DNA from: Eledone cirrhosa
Taxonomy: Eukaryota
Direction: 5' to 3'
DNA length: 64,000 bases
Assembly: GCA_964016885.1 (NCBI GenBank)
Contig: OZ024741.1
Coordinates: forward strand, 102,114,001-102,178,000
Shown one piece after another: positions 55,358 to 64,000 of this stretch. Below the pieces are notes generated by a model. That model had not been told where the DNA came from. It searched no databases and was given only the letters and a program-made list of their open reading frames with translations. The stretch's first letter is position 1; each line of letters begins with the position of its first letter. Made by a program: the position numbers and the translations under genes.

Positions 55358-55489
55358 TAATTGTTTCTACTTTAGGCACAAGGCCAGCAATTACCAATAC
55401 ATTACTGGTACTTTATTTTATTGACACCGTAAGGATGAAAGGCAAAGTCAACCTCGGCGGGATTTGAACTCAGATCGTAAAGGGACGTA
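55358..55489 (-). mobile_element. 5'-truncated Nin-core SINE
   Basis: Reverse complement of the family core and tail. Confidence 0.85.
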
Positions 55490-55639
55490 AAAAACAAAAC
55501 ATACATGCTGAGAGTAAAACACGTGTCATGTGCATAGATCTTTGTAGAACTGTCTCCCCCCCCCCCACAACTTCATTTTCCGTTTTAAAGGTTCCCCACC
55601 CTATTTTATAAGCTATTTTATAACTTCTCCGCGCATGAG

Positions 55640-55790
55640 CACATCATTCTTAATATTGAATATATGCGGAAGGAAGAGGAGTTGGTGTTGATGCGCTCTA
55701 TAATTCGGAGAGGGTAAGGGTCGGATAGTGCTGCCAATGTAGAATTGGCTACACTTGTCACACTCTAACCAGTACATAACGTAAGTACGC
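55640..55790 (-). mobile_element. Inverted Penelope GIY-YIG fragment
   Basis: YVMYWLECDKCSQFYIGSTIRPL; diverged reverse complement of 55825-55960. Confidence 0.8.
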
Positions 55791-55810
55791 AGACAACAAT
55801 TGCTGTTTGC

Positions 55811-56128
55811 GTGTCTAGATGTCAGCGTGTCTTCGTGGTGTACAAGTTGGTATGTGACAAGTGTTGCCAATTCTACATTGGCAGCACTATTCGATCCTTA
55901 CACCTCCGAATTAAAGAGCACATCAAAACCAACGCCTCTTCCTTCCGCAAACGCATAATGAAATGCGGAAACGGGGACATTAAAATAACCACCACCATCT
56001 TGGCTACCGAGCACAGTATAGGCACGTTGAGGATCAAAGAAGCCCTCTTGATTAAGCAACTAGTACCCCCGTTAATAATAGAATGGAAAGAGATGCGTTA
56101 CAAGGCTAATCAAACTTATCCAACCTAA
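55811..56128 (+). pseudogene. Penelope-like element GIY-YIG endonuclease fragment
   Basis: VVYKLVCDKCCQFYIGSTIRSLHLRIKEH…LRIKEALLI. Confidence 0.88.
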
Positions 56129-56297
56129 ATATACCATCGTGCCAACATTCCAGCTGTCCGGTCTAACGAACGTTCGTTCCCTAGCTTAGTTTGACGCGAC
56201 TAATGCTAGCAGCAGACAAATTCCTTATTGGTTTTGAGTGGTCAGCTAGCAGACAAAAATGTGCAGACCAACTATGTTCGCACACCTTTACTCCTTC

Positions 56298-57072
56298 TTC
56301 TTCTTCGGCCGAGTTTACACTCGCAAAGATTCAGTACGCGTTCTCCAACAGTCCCGGTCGAGCATGACATTTCTCAGTTCGTCGATGTTATCAATGTTGG
56401 CATCTCTCAGCAGGGTATCAATGAATGAGATGGCCTGTCTTCCCACGCTTATTCGCCCGACGGCCGGTTTCCAGAGCACAAGTTGAGATGCTGTCTCTTC
56501 TGGATGACAGATGCAGTGCCCAGCTACTTTCATTCGTCTGCAGGCAACTCTTTTTGAGACTGGTGGTAGTGATCTGTATAGTTCTTTATTTGTCAGCTTC
56601 TGTTTCCAAGAAATGTTGAGAGCCATTCTCAGCATCCTTGTGTAACATCCGTCAAGTCTCTTGCCCAGCACTTTGTCAATAGTCCACGTTTCACTGCCGT
56701 AAAGCAGGACGGATTCAACAGTTGCCAGGAGACGTTCTTTGATTTTGCGGTTTAGGTCGGACTTCCACACCTTCAGTAGCTTGTGGCATGCCGACCATGC
56801 TAGTGCTTTTCTAACTTCAAAGTCCTTGCGTGAGCTGTGCATCCATGTACCAAGATACTTAAAGTTCTCAACTGTTTTGATTGTTGTACCACCCTTAGCA
56901 AGAACTGTAGCTGGATCAACCTGATTGTAGTGCATGATTTCGGTCTTCTTTGCATTGAGATGCAGTCCTATTTTGCCTGATTCAACTTCGACACGTGTGA
57001 GCAGTGCTTGAGCTTGGCTGATTTCCTCTGTTATCAAGGCAATGTCATCGGCGAAATCTGTATCAGTGGCAA
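56298..57072 (-). mobile_element. 5'-truncated RTE-group (RTE/RTEX-like) LINE inserted in the Penelope element; 12-bp TSD
   Basis: DFADDIAL…FKYLG…LLYGSETW…AGH open frame 56315-57037; (GAA)n tail; TSD CTTTACTCCTTC at 56286-56297 and 57073-57084. Confidence 0.88.
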
Positions 57073-57241
57073 CTTTACTCCTTCACCCCGTAAAAATCTC
57101 TTCTTCACTACACCCACGCACACACGCAGGCATATATCATACACATGCTCACACACGTTCTCCTTACACCTGCACAAACAACATTAAACTTTAACGTTTT
57201 TTTTATTTCTCAGGTTTCTCTCTGAGTTCCCCATACGGACT

Positions 57242-57279
57242 CCTCTTGATAATGGATGGAAAATCCGAAAATATTTGGG
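57242..57279 (+). ncRNA. Minimal hammerhead-like motif, U3-A8 variant
   Basis: CCTC-TTGATAA-T-GGAT-GGAAA-ATCC-GAAA-ATAT-T-T-GGG; palindromic stem III AATATT; downstream of the Penelope GIY-YIG on the same strand. Confidence 0.5.
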
Positions 57280-59947
57280 ATCATTAAAAAGTGCTAAGGT
57301 AACTTTCTATCGTCCTCACTCTTTTATTTCAGTTTACTTATTACCTTGGCATTTTAAACAAACACGCATTATCGGGCTTCCAAATAACCAAACTTATTTC
57401 TTAGTCGTATACATATAAATAACAGTCCAATAAATCGGGTAACCTACCTCTGGAGACGAAAACAAGTGGACGTGTGGGGTGATATGATTGTATATCGGAC
57501 GATGCATTTGACCGTTACGCCAAATATATATTTAAAATTATACATACCAGAATTGATTATTTCCTTGATAATATCCATTCCTCCCTGTATTGATTATTAG
57601 CAGTTTTTCTTCTATGTAAACGTCTCCACACCTTTGTCAATAATGGAATTATTAGCGTCATTGGAAACACGATAAGTCTTTTTATTGAGGTGCCAAACTT
57701 TGATTTCTACTGACGTTTCCGAACATTCACCTTTGACACTTACCGAATTTCTCTTGATGGAAAAACCATTAAAACACTTCGATTTATCGATAAATTTCTA
57801 TGGTGTTGAAGTCTTTTAAAACTGTTCAACATACATATATAGATACATAAATACACACATACACACATACACACACACATACATACACACATACATATAA
57901 ACATTCATACATACATACACACGCATACATACAACTTGGTGTCAAAAAGGCTAAACTAAAAGAATGTACTAAAACCTATGTACATACATATATACATACA
58001 TGCATACATACATACACATATGTATATAATTATAAATCAACAGTAAAAACATTTGGCATTTATTAGTTTATATATAGAATACGTGAGAACGTACAGATGT
58101 CCAACACAGCAGGAGGTTAGACTCATAAGTGAAAATCGTACAAATCTCGTGTGCACACACGGTTAAGCCATACAACCCTTTCATATAATATGTAACAAAC
58201 AGTCCATTATTAAATTCTGGCAGTGAGCCATAGAAAATCAAGTACTATTCGTGAACTTATGGTCGGCCTTAGAGGTCCATATGATTGAATGGTTGAATGC
58301 CGCCCCCTCCCGCACCAAAAAATGCACGCCCTGAACAGAAAACTAATGTTTGTATGAATAATCCATTCAATTCGTTTAGCCTTTTTGACACCAAACCCCA
58401 TGACAAAACTCTTGATTTCACGATACAAAACTGTTTATGTTAAAGAGCTCATATATATCTGAAAGCCTTCTATCGGAATTTTATGTGTAAGAACCTTTGT
58501 TAAGTTATGCTCCAAACACTAGCTTAATAATGAGTAAGTTAATTATATTATATAACTCATCTAATACTTGATTATTTTAAAAATTATTTAAAAATTCTAG
58601 GCAGTGCCATTCATTATAAATATGGTAACGAATTGGGTAAATTGATGTTACCTCTTCATCGTATTCACCAAATCAGTTAGGGATTCTATATATAGTCAGA
58701 AACTCAAGCACTGACTGTCTCAGCGTAGGATCCATTTGTCTAAGATAGTCTTTTTTCTTTGTCCGGAGCTCTGGTTCTGCTGGCGAGCTATTTGCATATG
58801 AAGGCAGATATGAGAGCGACTATGCAACGGTAAGCGTAGAAATTGACTTGTGTTGTCTTCTCACCATAATCTTCGTAGAGTTTCCAACAGTATTGTGCTT
58901 CATTGCTTTATTTTAACTGACAAATCAGCAGTTCAACAGCACAACAACCTATTACAACCACCACCACCACCACCACCACTAGCATCACAATTACCGAACC
59001 ACAATCTCTACTCACAACTCACCCTGAAAGAGTGAAACGCAAGAATTTGAACTCATTTCAAAGGGCAGAGTCGGAAAAAATTCCACAATGCGTTCTATCT
59101 GATGCTTTAACGACTCTATCTAATCTGCTGCCCTAAATATATTGCAAGAAAATATACCATATGTTATATATTGACCAACGCACATTACACATTATACTAA
59201 AAACTTTACTGTTCATACAATGAACTACCCACAATTTACTAAGTACAACATTCTAAACAAAGTACACCGCACACACAAAGAATGAATATTCTATAGTAAT
59301 AATCATTTCAAAGTCTTCTAATTTAATTTTAAAATATTTTCCAAGTTTTATATCCATTATTTGTGGATAAATATTTTTTTCTTTCTCTCTATATCTCTTC
59401 CTTCATACTTTTTTTTTTTGCAAGATAACCATTATTATGTATATTTCGATGGTGATTTGCTTGGGGTTTTCCACTTATTTGTTCTTCATTTTAATACTGA
59501 CGATAAAGTAAAAAAATGGAAGAATCGCAGACGATATTTTAGTAAGATTGTGAAAGAAAGCCGAATTAAATCTGAAAAAAAAAAAAAATTCGGCATTTCC
59601 CGTAAGACTTCTAGAAACGTTTATAATTTTATTGAGAAAGTTAAGAGAGAGGAAATAATGTTAGGCAGATAATTGACGATAAGAAATTATTATTTCAATG
59701 TATTTCAATGCATTTAAGTGTATTTCAATGTGTTTCGATGCATTTCACGAGAGAAGTTGTATTAATTTAACTATGAGAGATATTTATGAAATTTGCACAC
59801 ATACACACACTTACATAAACTGCATACTCACACACAGATACACTCGATATACTTCATGCTTTATATTATTGCCTTACTATGCAACTGTGGTGTTCACAAA
59901 GGCAAAACGAAACACTTAACTTAAGCACATCACATACACATTCAGTG

Positions 59948-60282
<335 letters not shown>

Positions 60283-61247
60283 ATATAAAAATTGAGATGA
60301 GCAGAACAAACAAAGATTAAACAATTCTTTAAATAAATTAAAAAATGATTTAAATATCTACCTGTTCGCAATGCTATTACCGGCGGTTTCCATTTACAAA
60401 AGATTAGAAATTCAGAGAATTTCTAACGGAAAGTAAATTTCATCAGATAGCTATTTCCATTCTATAGGACCTAAGTCCCACGGTCTGAAAATATATTGCC
60501 AACTACCAGCTCGTATGAGTTATGGCCGTTAAAGTGACCCACACGTGAACCGGCCGCTAGTGAAAGCGGGAATATTACAGACGCGTTGATGGCTTTGCTG
60601 CTAAAAAAAATAGCAGTAAGCAACAACGAATTTTTCTCTACATAGATTGGAGAATATATAAAAATGAGGTAAACATCTCTCTGAGTACTAAGTACCCATA
60701 GAGATATATAGGGTGTCTATAATATAATTGTTGTTCTATGATACTAATTGTTGTTCTATAGTACTAATTTTTTATATATTCTCCAATCTATGTAGAGAAA
60801 AATTCGTTGTTACTTACTGCTATTTTTTTAGCAGCAAAGCCATCAACACGTCTGTAATATTCCCGCTTTCACTAGCGGCCGGTTCACGTGTGGGTCACTT
60901 TAACGGCCATAACTCATACGAGCTGGTAGTTGGCATTATATTTGCAGACCGTGGGACTTAGGTCCTATAGGATGGAAATAGCTATCTGATGAAATTTACT
61001 TTTCCGTTATAAATTCTCTGAATTTCTAATATTTTGTAAATGGAAACCGCCGGTAATAGCATTGCGAACAGGTAGATATTTAAATCATCTTTTAATTTAT
61101 TTAAAGAATTGTTTAATGTTTGTTTGTTCTGCTCATCTCAATTTTTATAGTTCTGGTATCTCGAATTAGTACCATAGAACAACAATTATATTATAGACAC
61201 CCTATATATCTCTATGGGTACTTAGTTCTCAGAGAGATATTTACCTC

Positions 61248-61252
<5 letters not shown>
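60283..61252. repeat. Interleaved inverted repeats (A-B-A'-B'): MITE-like unit plus inverted copy of its interior
   Basis: 60283-60665 pairs with 60767-61149; 60661-60750 pairs with 61164-61252; (TA)n on both outer sides. Confidence 0.88.
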
Positions 61253-61312
<60 letters not shown>

Positions 61313-61321
61313 TATATAATA

Positions 61322-61697
61322 TCTATATATATAAAACTGAGGATGTCTGTCTGTGTGTGTGTGAGAGTTTGAATCCCTAAAACTCGAGCAGCACCCAACA
61401 GACTGTTTTCACATGTAATACTTATGTTTCAGGGTGTTTTTGAGCAAAAACAATTTCAAATTTTCAATGCATTAGAGACCGCATTAGACGATTTAGCGAT
61501 CTCTCTCTATAATTCTTAGTCTTTCTCTTTTTAGATAGATACATACATATAACCGCGCGCCCTTATATTATCGGTCTGTATGTCTGGCTATCTGCATTAC
61601 GTCACTTCCCACAATTCCTCCTGCGTCCAGAACGCGCCCTTATAATATCTGTCTGTATGTCTGGCTGTCTGCATTACGTCACTTCCCTGAGGATGTC

Positions 61698-61735
<38 letters not shown>

Positions 61736-62337
61736 TGTGAGTTTGAATCCCCAAAACTCGAGAAGTACCCAACCGACTTTTTTCAAACTTTACATGTGTA
61801 TTACTCATGTTTCAGGGAGTGTTATGCACAAATTCAACTTTTTGATCCCCTAGGGCCCGCATTAGGTGAAAAACTGCGTTTTTCAGGTCTTTATGGGTTT
61901 TTTTGAGGCGTTACGTCAGACCGATTTCCTTGAAATTGTAACTATGTATTAGTCAGTCTTTTCTTCATACCGTGAGCAAAGAAAATCCAACTCTTTTATG
62001 GTCTAGGGTGAAAAACTTCATTAGGTGAAAAACTTCATTTTTTCAGCTTTTTAGGGCTTTTTTGAGGCGTTACCTCTAGCCGATTTTCCCGAAATTTCAA
62101 AGTATACTATGCACATAAAAAAATTGCATTTTCTTGATCCTCTAGGGCCCGCATTAGGTGAAAACCTACATTTTTCCTGCTTCATCGAGGAAAATCTTAA
62201 AGATTATCCAGCCATCAGAGTATTCGGTTTATTTTCTTTACATATTGTCCAGGCATGCAGTTTTTCCACGATTAGGTCTGTTGGCGGCCCGCGTTCCAAA
62301 ATACCTTATCCCGTGCAACGCTGGGTACCACTGCCAG
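61322..62337 (+). mobile_element. Non-autonomous Helitron related to the 21765 element
   Basis: A|TCTATATATATAAAACTGAGGATGTCTGTCTG start; 61481-61552 matches the reverse complement of 23221-23296; 3' hairpin CCCGTGCAACGCTGGG then CCAG. Confidence 0.78.
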
Positions 62338-62378
62338 GATGATATATAATACACACATATATATATACCCCCCCCCCC

Positions 62379-62433
<55 letters not shown>

Positions 62434-63189
62434 TTCGTTTTTGAGTTTGTTTTGAACATTCTTTTATCTGAAAACGTGTGTTGAAACAGATATTGCTATA
62501 CTTTGGTAGGGTCAAGATGCAAATATAAACACACGCATCTGTTACTTGTAATTCAAAGCGCCAGCTTTGTCATATAACGCGCAACGTTGAATCTCTCTGA
62601 AAAGTAAATTTAGAGTGTATGAGCAAGATGTTCCTTTGATTGAACAATTGGAACACTCACCATCGAAATCTACAGTAGTCCATTCAATTCTATTTATTTA
62701 TCATGCTGTAAAGTTATGAAATTGTAGAAAAATAAAATATTGACGGCAGTTATGTAAGATATATTTTCTCGTTGAGCTGGTAAATAATTAAATCACCGCT
62801 GGTGATTAATCAGACAATACAAATCGAATATCTGTAAATTTTATATATTATTTCTAATATTGTTGATTGTCTGTTCTCATGAATGTTTCACTGGGTACCA
62901 GTACAATACTAGGGCCTATGCTTTTACTTTTTCTCTTAACACACACAAACTTCCCCCATCTCTGTGTGTGTTAAGGGTTGTTTGTGGAAGACACACTAAA
63001 TTATGAGCTGGTCAATCATTTGACTGAACAAGTGAATGAGTGAAAACTTATCGTCGAAACCGACGAAGGATCCAACTCAGAATAATGAAAAGCAAAGCTG
63101 ACAGCGGCTAACCTGAACCTCAACAATAACTCGATCTCGAAGTATTTTAGCACTATATTATGTAGTGCGTGGGTGTTGGGCCTCCGGTT

Positions 63190-63430
63190 CTTACAACGAC
63201 GAGTGTTTCAGTTGTTCGATTAAAGAAATAATTGGTGAAATTAATGTACAAGTGGCTGAGAGATTCAGCGCAGTAGTTTGTGAATCACAGTTATAACAAT
63301 TTTTCTAGTTGAGAAGACCTAAGCAACGTGAAATAAACTGCCTTGCTCGAGGACATAAGGTGCCTATTGAAATCATACCCAGGACCTTACAATCAAGATA
63401 TGAACACCTTAACCCCTCATCCACAAGCCT
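63190..63430 (-). mobile_element. Degenerate tRNA-derived SINE (second family)
   Basis: AGCAACGTGAAATAAACTGCCTTGCTCGAGGACA core shared with the 53770 copy. Confidence 0.6.
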
Positions 63431-63631
63431 TTACATTATTGTCCTAGTGTTAAATAATAATGGCGAGGGGCAGTTTCATAAAGCCATCCTAATCATTCTC
63501 TAATCTATATACATTGATCTCCCATCCATATATTTGATCTTTTGATGAGAGACAAACGGCAACATAGATAGGCTTGAGACATAGGTGTTCAGAAAAATAA
63601 CACGTAATTAGCGAACTGTTCAGAGTATTAG

Positions 63632-63685
<54 letters not shown>

Positions 63686-63759
63686 ATATGCTGTATATGT
63701 ATATACATACATGTGTGCGTATGGGTGTGTATATATGTATATATACATATATACATGCT

Positions 63760-63834
<75 letters not shown>

Positions 63835-64000
63835 TTTCTGAATTTGTTTAGCAAGATTCTTTATCTGAAATCGTGTGTTGAAACCGATATTGTTATACTT
63901 TGGGAGGGTCATGTTGCCAATAAGAAACACACGCACCAGTTGTTTCACTTCAATTTAATTTAATATATATTTATAAATTTACAAATTTATAAATTTCTGG

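Overview
AT-rich, microsatellite-dense animal DNA. The SINE, RTE and Penelope content suggests a coleoid cephalopod such as Octopus; this is an inference. No host protein-coding gene is supported, and most ORF-track entries are repeat artefacts. Bases ~1-31,900 are a rearranged array of about 19 full-length or near-full-length and 3 half copies of an elongator tRNA-Met(CAT) gene with a 21-22 nt intron at the canonical 37/38 position. About 7 copies look intact. Each copy sits in a 1-2.5 kb unit made of conserved flanks plus a degenerate ~44-bp tandem satellite. The array shows duplications, inversions, tRNA-deleted units and anticodon-shifted (CGT, TAT) copies. It also holds a non-autonomous Helitron whose filled and empty sites are both visible. 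Bases ~32,000-64,000 are dominated by transposon remnants: a nearly intact RTE LINE with three C-terminal C2H2 fingers, two bipartite non-autonomous RTE derivatives, Hero-like and R4/Dong-like relics, Penelope fragments with GIY-YIG domains and hammerhead-ribozyme motifs, tRNA-derived SINEs, a second Helitron and two fold-back structures. Coordinates were read by eye and boundaries of degenerate elements are approximate.
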